This document shows positions 1 through 11,213 of a stretch of DNA of 33,861 bases, in pieces. The translations under genes were made by a program, and so were the position numbers. The stretch is taken from the NCBI GenBank assembly GCA_003614145.1, contig KZ987741.1, forward strand, positions 1 to 33,861. Direction: 5' to 3'. The first letter of the stretch is position 1; every line of letters begins with the position of its first letter. This DNA comes from Piptocephalis cylindrospora. Its lineage: Eukaryota. Below the pieces are notes generated by a model that saw only the letters and a program-made list of their open reading frames with translations, ran no database searches and had not been told where the DNA came from.

Positions 1-2
1 TG

Positions 3-1862
3 CAGAGAGAGATCTGTCAAGTCATTCTTTTCCCACTGAGAGAGCCCAGCCCAGAACTCCTTGGCCTTTTTCTGGTAGGAATGAGCCTTCTTCTTCTCCA
101 TCTGAATGATCTCAGGAATGGAGGTTTGGAGGTATTCCAGAGCCTTCTGCTCGGAGTGTTTGCCGTTGGCGACAAGAGAAGCGTCAGAGACGCTGTTCAG
201 CATCCCTCGATACATCTTTAAAGTATCAGGTTTCCTAGGCAACTTGAGGTCCAAGAACACGGAGTGAATGTAGGTGGAAGTGGCGAGCGTGCGAGTCTGG
301 TTGGAGACAATATCAATGGCAACATCCCAGTCCATCCCGTCGTTTAGGTGCGTTTTATGCGGGATTTTGATCAGGTGAGGTCGAAGAAACCGGATAAGCT
401 GGATGAGCCTAACTTTGTAGATCCATTCCCCCAAGCCGTAATCTTTCAGCTCAGCCGCCGACATTGTACCGCTTTTGCTGAATTGCCAGTTAAACCCATT
501 CTTACTGATCCATGCCCCTTCCAAGGGCGTATCGCTACAGAAGCGCTTGTAAAAGGGTGTCTTTAACGCTTGGCGCGCAGGATGTGCGTTACGGGCACCA
601 AATTCTTCCCAAAGTGACCGAGTCGCCCTTGAAGAGGAAGAATAAAACTGGTCACACATCTTCTTTACGAATTTAGTGATATCCTCATAGGACCTGGGGA
701 AGAGGCGGTCAGAGGAGAAGAGAGTACCAAAGTTCTTTACAGGCCACGCCGATGATTCCTGGAGAGAAGAAGACCTAGCGGAATGGCCAATGCTGTGGGC
801 TGCCCGATTTTTGATGCCGTCCTTGGCCAAAGACAATCTTTGAAGCATAAGCTCTTCTCCTCTGTTGGAATCTAGGCGTGGACCAGAAAGTACATAAATG
901 TCTTTATCGAAAAAGGTGCGCATAATAAGATGAAGGGACGAAAGCATGTTGCGCAGAGAGCCGAAAATGCTGTGGTAATTCAAGTAAAATCTCTCCATGA
1001 CCAGGTAGTAAATGGCGGCTTGTAGGGATTCGTGAACTTCATATAGAGAAACCCCCGTCTGTTTGCCTTTTCTGATCGATTCTGAGACGTGCTTCATGAA
1101 GAGCATCTTGGTCTCATAGGAATCATCCAATGAAACACGCTCCTTTTTCCCTGAAAGAAAATTGTTAAATTTGATAGCCTTATGGAGGTCCCCAATGATG
1201 CTGACATAGGGAATTTTGCGGTCATATGAAGGGTTGAGGGTGGCGAAAGGACTAAGAGTATTCAAAAGTTCGTTGAGGGGAGTGGTACGGTAGGGGAGAT
1301 TGTGACCGTAGGCAGGGTCGTGGCTGTAGGAAGAGTAGTCGCCGTAGGGAGAGTAGTAGTTGTAGGGAGAGTAGTCGCCATAGGAAGGGCCGTGGCCGTA
1401 GGGAGGGGTATGATGATAAAAGCTAGCAGGGTACTGTTCTATGACATTGCAGTAGATGTCGATGAGGGACCCAGGCTTTCGAGGCAATAGGCGCTCCTTT
1501 GCATAGGTTTTCTCGTCCCCTTTTATTTTCTCGCAGGCTTCCATGGATTCGGTCTGGTGCGTCTGCACCAAGTTATTCAGCAAATCTCGTTCCTCTTGGG
1601 TATCAATAAATTTGTGCTTGGCATGTTCGGGACGAGTGCCCGGTTCGTCACCTATCTCGAGGCCGACCATAAAAAAAAGTGCTTTGTAGATCAAATATTC
1701 TGGACGGTATTTTTTTCGCTGTTTAGTAGGAGTACCGGCGGAGTAGCTCCTTGAGTTCATAGAAGTCTTGACGTAAAGGAGGCTCTTACTAGGAGGCTCT
1801 TGAACGAATGCTGGGGCGGGCAGAGAAGACTCGCTGGAAGAGTGATGATGGCCAAGAGACAT
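3..1862 (-). CDS. Large hypothetical protein (>=620 aa, 3' end beyond the window), with a Tyr-rich hexapeptide repeat
   Basis: Hand translation of the minus strand: no stop from ATG at 1862 to the window edge (MSLGHHHSSSESSLPAPAFVQ...EFWAGLSQWEKNDLTDLSL). TATA-like TATTATAAG at about 2049-2057 (minus), followed by a CT-rich leader. No family recognised. Confidence 0.8.
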   Translation of the reverse strand, partial: MSLGHHHSSSESSLPAPAFVQEPPSKSLLYVKTSMNSRSYSAGTPTKQRKKYRPEYLIYKALFFMVGLEIGDEPGTRPEHAKHKFIDTQEERDLLNNLVQTHQTESMEACEKIKGDEKTYAKERLLPRKPGSLIDIYCNVIEQYPASFYHHTPPYGHGPSYGDYSPYNYYSPYGDYSSYSHDPAYGHNLPYRTTPLNELLNTLSPFATLNPSYDRKIPYVSIIGDLHKAIKFNNFLSGKKERVSLDDSYETKMLFMKHVSESIRKGKQTGVSLYEVHESLQAAIYYLVMERFYLNYHSIFGSLRNMLSSLHLIMRTFFDKDIYVLSGPRLDSNRGEELMLQRLSLAKDGIKNRAAHSIGHSARSSSLQESSAWPVKNFGTLFSSDRLFPRSYEDITKFVKKMCDQFYSSSSRATRSLWEEFGARNAHPARQALKTPFYKRFCSDTPLEGAWISKNGFNWQFSKSGTMSAAELKDYGLGEWIYKVRLIQLIRFLRPHLIKIPHKTHLNDGMDWDVAIDIVSNQTRTLATSTYIHSVFLDLKLPRKPDTLKMYRGMLNSVSDASLVANGKHSEQKALEYLQTSIPEIIQMEKKKAHSYQKKAKEFWAGLSQWEKNDLTDLSL

Positions 1863-2436
1863 CGTGAGGAGGGGAGGAGGGGAGGTCAAGGTGAAAGAGT
1901 GTCGTTGACGTTGTCGTGGTAGAGAAAAGAAAGAGTGCGGAATGGCGTTAACCTGAGAAAGTCAGGGTCAAGAGCAGAGGAGGGAGGGAGAGAAAGGAGT
2001 ATGAAGCAAAGAAATAAGAATGGTTGAGGGAAATGGGATTGGGATGTGCTTATAATATTGTCATGCACTTGCCATCTGATGAGTAAAGAATCTCAGTATT
2101 TTCAAGCTCCGATTTTACGTTGACAGCCTGTTCTCTCTATGTTTCAGCTTAGAGGCATCCAGAGCCTCAGGAAGCACGAGCGTATCCTTCATGGAACGGT
2201 GATCTGGACCATCTACACTGCCCACACACGACTGATCTTTGCCCGGATCTGACGTCTAATATGATCAAGATGTGGCACTCACTACTACACAGGATCCTAG
2301 TGGCTAAAGCTAGGACGGCGTGCACGTGTGGATCAGAACCTAGGTTCCGGTCTCAATGGGCGCAACTGATCTAATGGATACCAAGACCAGGTCAGCGCCT
2401 GGCTTGGATCCTCTCGGATACCTGTGTGGCTTGAGT

Positions 2437-3711
2437 GTTTTTCTTTACTTTTTACCTTTTTACGGTGATGTATGGTTATTTTTGATAATACATTACTCCT
2501 TTCGACAACTTGTTCTCTCTGGTCCTTGTAATGGAGTGTGTCATACTGTGTGCTTCTACTACTCCGCTATGGGCAGATTTGCGGAGGTACCTACCAAAAC
2601 TTCACCTAAGTGCTATCTGTTGGGTACGCTCCAGTCGGCGCCTTTTTCACCTATCCGGAAACTATTATATCATGAACTTGGCACCGTCTTTTATAGATCA
2701 ATCGAGGTAAGCCTTTGGAGTGTTTGAATGATTTGACACATACAAGAAGGTCAAGAGATTAGCGGGAGCGGGAGCGGGAGCGACATGGTCTTAGGGATGG
2801 GGGATAGCTGTGCATTTCTTCAAGAGAAGCTGATCTGAGTGGTCTCGGATAAACTTGATGTGACCCGTAGGGTATCAATGGATACACCAAAATGTGTATC
2901 CAATGCCCAGGAGACTGGGTTCAAAACTTAGTGATCTTGGATGATCATAGAGTGAAAGAATCACGCCCTCCCATGCATCTCCTCTTTGTTCGTCCATCAA
3001 ATGATGGTACACGTAGGACCAAAGAACCTGGGAAGTCGGACATTCAAGGAAGCAATGCTTTATGGTTTCCTCTTCTTCACTACATCTTGGATACACAGGA
3101 GAGGTATCACGGAAGGAAAGGGGTTGGGCCATCCATGGGGCACCTTGATGAAAGGTCCATAGCAAAGATTGGATTTTTGGAGGTAGAACCGGATGGAAGA
3201 TTCCCGACCAAATCCTTGACGATGATAATGATTATGATGGCGCCATCTTTGATACCGGGATGGAAGGCCTCTTTGGATGATACAATGCTTTGGCACCTAT
3301 CGGTCCATTGAGTTTTGACCAGTCTCGATAACGAAGATATTGACCCATATCCCATATGCAGGAAGGAGGTAATTCTCTTGGCAGGAGTAACAAGGCCTGG
3401 AAAATCCTTGGGTCTATCTTCCAGACTCCAGCCTCCATTCTCTCTCCAACCCGTCTTCGAAATGTCGTTGATAATAAATCCAAATGACCTGGACCTCTAA
3501 TGAGATACAGCAGATCCCTGACTACCTGTATACCTCCTCTTCTCCAGGCCCTTCCACACGGTATACTTGATCCTGATGCTTGCCGAACCACAGACTCCAA
3601 GGGTACGGAAAGGGTCTGTTCCAATGGAATAGAAGATGATAGAATGATCCCCTGCGATTTATCACGAAGGAAATTCAAGAGAAATAAGACTATCTTATCA
3701 AAGTTTAAATA
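2437..3711 (-). mobile_element. Degenerate 5'-truncated non-LTR retrotransposon (LINE, L1/Tx1-like) remnant; ORF2 C-terminus with zf-RVT domain
   Basis: ORFs 3232..3678 and 2875..3165 are in the same frame. Reading through the TAA at 3232-3234 gives RIWSGIFHPVLPPKIQSLLWTFHQG...YPRCSEEEETIKHCFLECPTSQVLW...WCIH, which fits the zf-RVT pattern (W..IW...LPPK...LW...CP.C...ET..H.F..CP....W). An A-rich tract on the minus strand at 2437-2461 may be the tail. Boundaries are approximate. Confidence 0.75.
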
Positions 3712-4137
3712 TTACTACTGAAAAATGTACTCTCATGAGGAAGAAATGCACCAAAGAACTACACAGACCCGATCGGACGATCTATGGAGGAAGCAACGAT
3801 ATCGTGAGGAAAGGTTCTGAGCCTTTTAAAAAACGAATTTGTGAAGACTTTTAGGAAAAAGGGAAGATTGTAGTTTTCCCAATACATTTCGCTGTTTATT
3901 ACTACTATAAATCGCAGGGGATCGCGGAGTCATCACGGGACAAGCACGGTCATGGGGAATGGTCGTGAGAGATTGGGATGACTCCTCAGAAATCCATTGT
4001 CGTCCTAACGTCAGATGTTCTTGATCCGTCATTTCTTCCTTCCCCCACTCTCTTTCCTTCATCTTTCCATCCCCATCTCCCCTTTTTTTTGACACCAACC
4101 CTTGTTCTTTCTCTCAGCCTTTGTGCATCTACTCAAC

Positions 4138-4697
4138 ATGGTAGGTCGCTCCAGTGATTAGACGGCATTCACATCTCTCCCAACTCATTCGCCCTTACTT
4201 AAAAACCTCAGTCAGCCAGAAAACAGAGAAAGAGGGCCGTACGGCAAAATTCCAACGTCTTCGCCATGTTTGATCAGAAGCAAATCACCGAATTCAAGGA
4301 GGCCTTTTCGATCATTGATCATGACTCTGATGGCTTCATCGATCGGGAAGACCTAAAGGATATGCTCTCTTCCTTGGGTCAGAACCCAACAGACGAGTAT
4401 ATCGATGCCATGGTCAGTGAGGCTCCAGGGTCCATCAACTTCACCATGTTCCTCACCCTCATGGGGGAAAAGCTCTCTGGGATGGATGCGGAAGCTGATA
4501 TCCTCGCAGCCTTTGAAGCTTTTGATGAAGATGGTACGGGGCTCATCCATTCTGAAGTCCTTCGAGAGGCCCTACTCACCCGGGGCGACCGACTCCCCGA
4601 GGATGTGGTCGACTCCATCTTTCGTGGTTCACTGGTCGACCGGGATGGCATGTTCAATTACCGGGAGTTTACCCGAGTCCTCAAACATGGAGAATGA
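4138..4697 (+). CDS. Myosin II regulatory light chain (EF-hand), 162 aa; exons 4138-4140 and 4212-4697
   Basis: ATG, then intron GTAGGT...CCTCAG (4141-4211), joins in frame to [55 protein letters not shown], the EF-hand loop and INFTMFLT are RLC hallmarks. Confidence 0.93.
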
Positions 4698-4883
4698 GAA
4701 GGATGAGGGGCGAAGATGATACTGATCGGCTCCTGGCTCATACTCACCGATCACTATGTGTGCCTTATTGAAGTATCAAGAAAGAAGTTTTCTGAGGAAT
4801 TGAGGATCACGATTGGAAATGGATAATGATTCTCGTCTCACCCTTTTGAGAGCACACCTGAACCTAGCAAATCGAGGTATTGC

Positions 4884-4903
4884 ATATATATATATATATA
4901 TAT
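4884..4903. repeat. (AT)10 microsatellite
   Basis: Perfect AT dinucleotide run read directly from the sequence. Confidence 0.9.
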
Positions 4904-5276
4904 GTGCATAAGAGCAAGCTATGATCTGTACTAAACTAAAAAGAAATGAAATGCAGGACTCCCTGAAAGACGATGACGACATACTCCAAAAGGTTGAAAG
5001 ATTCCCTAAGGGAGTAAACTGCAAAAGGCCATTTATACATCAGTGTGCAACATCGGAATACTTTGGTGGTGCCAATTTATGGGCAGCCCTCTCACCTTAC
5101 ACCAACTATTATCTAATTGATTCTAAATGCCGTGTAACTAATCATTCTTTAAAGCTTACTTGAAGGTGGGTCAAGAAAAGAAAGATTCGAGGAGAGGAGA
5201 GGGATGTGATACATAGAGTGAATATATATTCAGAAGGGGAATAAAAGGACATGGTCCTCGGAAAAGAACATGACAA

Positions 5277-7088
5277 TCAAGAGGTCCTTCTCTCTCCTTC
5301 CTCATCACCATCCTCCTCATCATCGTCCTCATCTTCATCTTCTTCATCCTCTAAAAAGTAGTGAAATGTCTCGCGTAGACATCCTCCGCCTCGGAGATTA
5401 TCTACTAAGAATTTGTAGCAGCTTCCATCCTCACCAACAACTATGAGAGGTATTAGAGAGAGAAAAGGAGGGGAGAGGAGGAGGGGGATCAGTTAGGCCC
5501 AGAGATTATGCCATGCCCAGTACCAATGATCTTACCAATGATGGTCCGGTTATCCCGGCCAAACCCACAGACACATCTGGTCTCCCCGAGGACACGGCAG
5601 TGAGCAAAGCTCCACTCACTGGAAAAGTACTTTGGGAGGATATCCTTCATAAACGACAGGGTGGATTGACGATTCCCGCTCTGGGAGTGTCTACCATCGC
5701 CGGATAGGCTCCTATCGGGTTGAGGGAGAGAGAAAAGGAGGGTAAGAGGTCATCCCATCGTATAGTCAACAAAAAAGACTGACACAGGGTCCAAGGAGGC
5801 GCGGGAAGAGGAAGAGGAGGGGGGGGGCAGCAGGGGAGGATGAGGAGCCCGTGAGGCCTGGACCCCCTTGAGTTGGACCAGTTCCATCCAGGTTAAAGAT
5901 GTGCACAGTACCCTTGTCCGAGGAGACACAGAGCCGGGAAGCATCCTGGGAAAAGGCAATGTGGTAGATCTCGGCCCGATCAGCACCACGACGCAGTTCA
6001 TGGAGAAGACGGCCACTGCTCGTCTCGAAAACCCGAATCAATGTGCCCTTGACACTGGCCGATGCAGTCAGGGACCCATCTGCACTGATGGCCAGGGCGG
6101 ATATGGGAGCCGTATGGGCCGAGACGAGAAAAGTCCGGTTACTCTGCCATGAGGCCTTGGGGATCAGTCCCCCACCCATTCTAGTACCACTGCTATTGGA
6201 AGAATGCTGGGACATTGGCAAAGCTTGTTGTATCCTCGGGGAAGAGGAGGGAGATGAGGAGGAGGAGGAGGAGGGCGGTGGGGATGATGAGGGGGATGAG
6301 GAAGAGGAGGTGGATGAGTAGGATCTTCCCAGAACATTGGATGATGGGGTATTGGAGGAGGAGGGAGGGGATGAAGCCCCTTCCAAGGAGCCTCCTAGAT
6401 CCACCACCTGGATATATCCTCTTTGTCGAGCAGGAAAAGCCAAGATGATGGGGAAAGTGGCTGAGGACAGGGCGAGTAGGCCTAATGGATGGGACTATTA
6501 GGATGTACAGGGTCAAAGGAGCATTCCGATCGCACTAGTCTTACCATGTTCATTCTCCCCAGTCTCAAAGGTATGTAACCGTCGGGGCGGGACGGAAAGG
6601 GAGTAGATGAAGACCCGGGTGGTGAGGGCAACGACAATGCGATCCCTGCGTAGACGAACGGCCTTGACCTCACTACGAAATTCGAGTTCAATGATGCCCC
6701 TACCCTTTGCATCATCCCATATGATGACTTTATTAGGAGGCCACCGTGGCTCCTTGCCCCCGCCCACCAAGGCCAGATAATTGGTCCTCCACAGCATCTC
6801 CACCAGGCCTATTCCCCCACCCCCTAAATTGGCCGGGAAGACCTTACGCTTCTTCAGTGCAAGCGGGTCGGACGCATAGATTCGGAAGCCATCCTGAAGG
6901 CCTGCGGCAAACAGAGTGTGATCCTGGTTGAATGAGGTACACAGTGTCGTGGTGGGTGGATGGGCGGTTCCTTGGTGAAAGGTCGGTGCGGGTCTTCTCG
7001 TCCCACGGCTCCCCTTAGACTGGGTCCTAGATAGAGTTGAGGAAGAGGGATGGCCCTCCCTAGCAGAGCTGTCCCTGGGTATGGACAT
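5277..7088 (-). CDS. HSV2: PROPPIN WD40 phosphoinositide-binding autophagy protein (Hsv2/WIPI3/WIPI4 type); exons 7088-6545, 6481-5784, 5711-5536, 5440-5277; probable 1-nt indel at 5819-5827
   Basis: Motifs FNQD, VEMLWRTNYLALVGGG, PPNKVIIWDD, TASASVKGTLIRVF, ELRRG (LRRG lipid-binding motif), SSDKGTVHIF, NRQSTLSFMKDILPKYFSSEWSF and DGSCYKF. Three GT-AG introns (6482-6544, 5712-5783, 5441-5535). Acidic C-terminal tail. Confidence 0.9.
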
Positions 7089-8350
7089 GGTGGACAAGAT
7101 AGAGGAAGGGAATGGAATGGAGGCACAATACGAGAGGCTGAGGAGAAGGAAAGGGTAATGACAATACACGGGGTGATCTCTTATCAAAGAGATAAGCTGT
7201 ACGGGAGAAGGGTGAGAGGTACAGTAAGGAAATCAGAGGAGGAGAAGGAAGAAGATGGCTGGGAAGAAGAGACCTATGATAGAGGCAGGCTCGAATACCC
7301 TCCTCTTATGACCTCTAGTGGAGAGTGAAGTGTGGATGGAAGGCCACACGCAAGGAGACGGGTTGATGCTGTGCTTATCCGGCCATCAGCGCCCGACTGG
7401 GAGAATGCGGACATTAGATTGATGAGGGGGAAAGTGACACATTCCACATAGCAGTGTCTTTAAGAGAGGTGACAAGACACTGATGCCAGCCAAGGAAGAG
7501 CTGGCAAGAAGATGATGACTCCTAGGGAAGAGCTGGCAGGATAATGAGGGCCGCCAAGGAAGGGCAAGCAAAGCCTTGCCCATCCCTTGACACCGGGATG
7601 GGCCCTATCCCAAGGGATCCGTCACCTGCACATCGTCATCGTATAAGGCCCTCGGACAAACTAGACGGTCGTAAGGACGATGACCCTCGTCGCATTCCAT
7701 TCACCAAGCAGTGCAATCTAAAGAGAGAGAAGCAAAAAATTACGGGACCATGCGCGAGTGTCAAGATGATTCACTCAGATCTATAGAGAATGACACAGGG
7801 ATGATGCATGTAGCAATGGTCTGTAAAGGAATCTGGATCACAGACGATTCCTTGGAGAAGAAGTCGCTCCCATACTGGATGGTCACTCATGTCGTTATTC
7901 TTTTGGAAAGGGAGTTGGTATGTCGATCATCGTAGGACTGGTCAAGCCAACTCACGATCAAGAAGCATGGCCACGGCGACTAACCTTGCAAGTGGCGGGG
8001 ATGTTGACAACTCTCGCTCCATGTCGTCTATCTTGTTCACGCTATAATCCATGATCGATGGCAATGTCCAATATTTAAATGGCTCCTTACACGAATAAAC
8101 ATAAACAGTATAATCGAAACGATCATATACTTACCCAGTTACCACAGTTAAGCGTCAATGTGCCTCTTCCCGCTATGACCAGTGGGAAGTCGGTAGCTTC
8201 GACTTCCGGGCTAATCTTGACCTGTCTGACTTACAGTCCTACCCTCTTCCCGCACACGCAACCGCGTCAAGTATCCCCACGCCAACCTTATCTTTCTGTC
8301 CTCCCCTCCAATTCTTCACAGTACTTCATCTCCAGTTTAAAATCAGCACC

Positions 8351-9466
8351 ATGGAGTTCATGGCCAATGTCATGGGAGGAGAGGCCAAATTGGCTCAGAG
8401 ACCCTCCATATTTGAAATCGTAGCACAGGAGGAGATGCGTGGGATGGTCCGGCGAGCCTTGAGATACATCCTGGTCAAGTATGCCACTCGGTACCCTAGA
8501 TACCTCTTACGGGCAGCTCAACACTTTGATGAGACGTACGGCCTACTCCTTCTTCTCCTCGAACGACACCATCTCCGGGAGTGGGGCGCCTCATTCTCCG
8601 AGAACTTTTACGGCCTTCGCCGTAGTCGTCCAGCCCCAGATGGGACAGTACGGAACTTGGAATCAAAGGACATTCGTCGATCCCTTCTCTTCCTCATCCT
8701 CGTCCCCTACCTGACCCATCGGTTGGATGAGGCCTATGAGGATGAGGCCAGCCGATCCACCTTGGGTCTTCCTGCCGGCTCAGAAACATCAAGGGCCAAT
8801 GAACCTACCTGGAGGAGGCAATGTCGACGCTTGCTCCGGGCCACTTGGCCTACCATCCACCTGATCATCCATGGATCCGTCCCTGTCTACACCCTGGCGT
8901 ACGCCTTTCAACTCACCGATTTCCCCTCACTCTGGTATCACCTGACCGGTCAGTATCTTCGACGGGCGGGGGCAGAGGATCTCCAGGCCGATGAGACACG
9001 AATCAAAGAACGAGCCCTGGCTCGAACCCTGGCCCTCTCCCGCCTCCCCTTCCTGCCCCGCACTCTAAAACGCATTGGGTATCTTCTTCAGGGAGCCATG
9101 GGATTTCTTCGTGTGGCCTTGCCCATGGGAGTCTTCTTCCTTCGCTTCCTCGAGTGGTGGTATGCCTCAGACTACTCTAGGGCCCTATCCACCCGCCCTA
9201 TCCCCCCACCTCCCTCACCCCTACTCCCAGCCTCATCATCCGACGAGGATACGGAAGGGTTACATGTCCCACTTCCGGAAGACCCAAAAACATGTCCCCT
9301 ATGTCAAAAACCTCGAGTCAATCCGGCGGCCCTGCCCTCGGGCTACGTCTTTTGCTACCCATGTATTTGGAAGTGGGTGGAGGACAGGGCCACCTGTCCC
9401 ATTACCCAAACCCCCACTCAGCCTGAGGCCATTCGAAAGTTGTACCTATCCAGCTCGGCAAATTGA
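8351..9466 (+). CDS. PEX12: Peroxin 12, peroxisomal RING-finger protein
   Basis: Intronless 371 aa. RPSIFEIVAQE, SFSENFYGLRR, FFLRFLEWWY, IPPPP, and degenerate RING CPLC...NPAALPSGYVFCYPCI...CPIT...IRKLY. Confidence 0.95.
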   Translation: MEFMANVMGGEAKLAQRPSIFEIVAQEEMRGMVRRALRYILVKYATRYPRYLLRAAQHFDETYGLLLLLLERHHLREWGASFSENFYGLRRSRPAPDGTVRNLESKDIRRSLLFLILVPYLTHRLDEAYEDEASRSTLGLPAGSETSRANEPTWRRQCRRLLRATWPTIHLIIHGSVPVYTLAYAFQLTDFPSLWYHLTGQYLRRAGAEDLQADETRIKERALARTLALSRLPFLPRTLKRIGYLLQGAMGFLRVALPMGVFFLRFLEWWYASDYSRALSTRPIPPPPSPLLPASSSDEDTEGLHVPLPEDPKTCPLCQKPRVNPAALPSGYVFCYPCIWKWVEDRATCPITQTPTQPEAIRKLYLSSSAN

Positions 9467-9619
9467 TGAAAGGAGACATGATCCTCTTTCTTTTCGTTCA
9501 GAGTGATCAGAGAAAACAACAATGCAAATTACAATACCTCTAAAAAGACGCCTCGTGATCAAAGGAAAATAGATTGAAAAAAGGGTCTATATGATCACTC
9601 ATTCGTATTCTGTCCCTCT

Positions 9620-11213
9620 TCAGGGTTTACCCAGACCAAAGAGCTTGACCATCTCCGATACATCCCCAAGCTTCTCCACCTCCTTCCCTCCCATGAGGAT
9701 GGAAGGTGCAGAGCCCTGGAGGATGCGCTTAGCGATGGAAGTCAGGTGTTCGGGTGTCACAGCCTCGACATGCTCGCACATTTCCTGGGCCGACATGCGC
9801 TTCCCGAGCACCTGGACCTGTCGACCAACATCCTCCAGCTGGATAGACCGGCTCTCCAGATTCATCATGAGACTCGACCGAAGCTGGTTCCTTGCCCGAG
9901 ACACCTCCTCCTCCCGGAGCGCCCCAGGCTCACAGAGGGAGGCCAGTTCTGCGCATACCACCGCTGCTAGATGCTTGGCATGGACGGGGGCGCAGGCTGC
10001 TCGAACTCCAAAAAGCCCGTCATCCGTATAGCCCTGGTTAAAGGCGTGGCACTCTTCCACCCAGTAATGCTGGCTGAGCACCCGAGTGTACAGCCGGGAA
10101 TACATCCCCTTTCCGGGGCCTCCGGCGGAGAAGGAGCCCCCCCCTCCCAAGAGAACCTGTAGGGTGGCAAGGGCATACACATCCGAATCATGCACACCAA
10201 GACCACGGAATCCAATGAAGACATGCGACAGCTCCTGCTCCGGATCCGACGCCTGAACCATACCTCCCTGGTAGGTGGATTTACCCATTGCTGGGTCCTG
10301 AGCCGAAGAAGAAAGGGAGCCAGGAGCATATGTGCTAAAGTACTGAGAGGCCAGATCGACCACTTGGTCATGTGGGGCCCCGACCACAGCCACCACCATA
10401 CGCTCTGGTCGGTACCATGCACTCCGGTAGGCTAGTAACGTATCCCGTTGCATCCTCTCCAATGCATCCGGAGGACACATCAATGACCGTCCCAGGAGCT
10501 CTTGGCCAAAGGCCACTCCGTGCAGCAGCTCTTCATAATACGCAGGGGCATTGGCCCGGACCTCTCGGAGTTCCCATGGCACGGTCTGTCGAATCTCCTC
10601 CAGATCTGCCTCCTCTAGGGCCGGGTGAAGCGCCGTGTCTGCCAGGAGGGAGAGTGCGGGTTTTAGATCCCTTTGGAACACTGAAGCTTGGTACATCATG
10701 CATTCGCGGGATGCTGCACAGTTCAGCGTCCCACCCAGGGTTTCGATCCGTTGTCGCATCATGTCAGCCGACATAGATTGAGTAGACTAGACAAGAGAAA
10801 AGAAAAGAAAAGAAGAAAGAAAAATCAGCGGTGATATCTGGCATCACATAAATCGGGGGGACTTACACGAAAAGAGAATCGATCAAGGATATGGGAGACC
10901 CCCGAGGTCTGCTGGGTCTCATACCGAGACCCGGCATCAACATAGATGCCGGCCGCGAGAAAGTGGCCCGGCTGATTTTCCGTCGCGACCCGTACCCCAT
11001 TGTCTAGGGTGGTAATTTGGGTGGTGGCAGCGGTGGATAACTAGGCAAGAGGGATGAGTTCAAGAGGGAAGAAGCACAGGGAGGGCTCATGCTTACCGGA
11101 GAGGCGGTGAGGGTGGAATGAGTGCGGGAAAGCGCGGTGTTGATGCGTAGGGTCAGACGAGGACCAGACAGTCGGAGACGCGGATGAAGCTGGGAGAGTA
11201 GTCGACCGACCAT
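9620..11213 (-). CDS. MAS2: Mitochondrial processing peptidase alpha subunit (M16); exons 11213-11097, 11040-10867, 10786-9620
   Basis: Arg/Leu/Ser-rich presequence; ITTLDNGVRVATE, YVDAGSRYE, non-catalytic HILDR, and the Gly-rich loop GGGGSFSAGGPGKGMYSRLY diagnostic of alpha-MPP. GT-AG introns 11041-11096 and 10787-10866. Confidence 0.95.

Noticed and set aside
1886..2068. 60-aa minus ORF with a signal-peptide-like stretch upstream of the orphan ORF
   Set aside because: It starts at GTG, overlaps the TATA-like box, is in a different frame, and its F/L/S/P content is what a CT-rich leader yields. I found no in-phase splice to the main ORF.
2076..2110. CTGATGAG resembling a hammerhead ribozyme core
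   Set aside because: No stem II followed by GAAA and no flanking helices.
2356..2727. 123-aa and 66-aa + strand ORFs
   Set aside because: No motifs; they overlap the presumed LINE 3' region in antisense.
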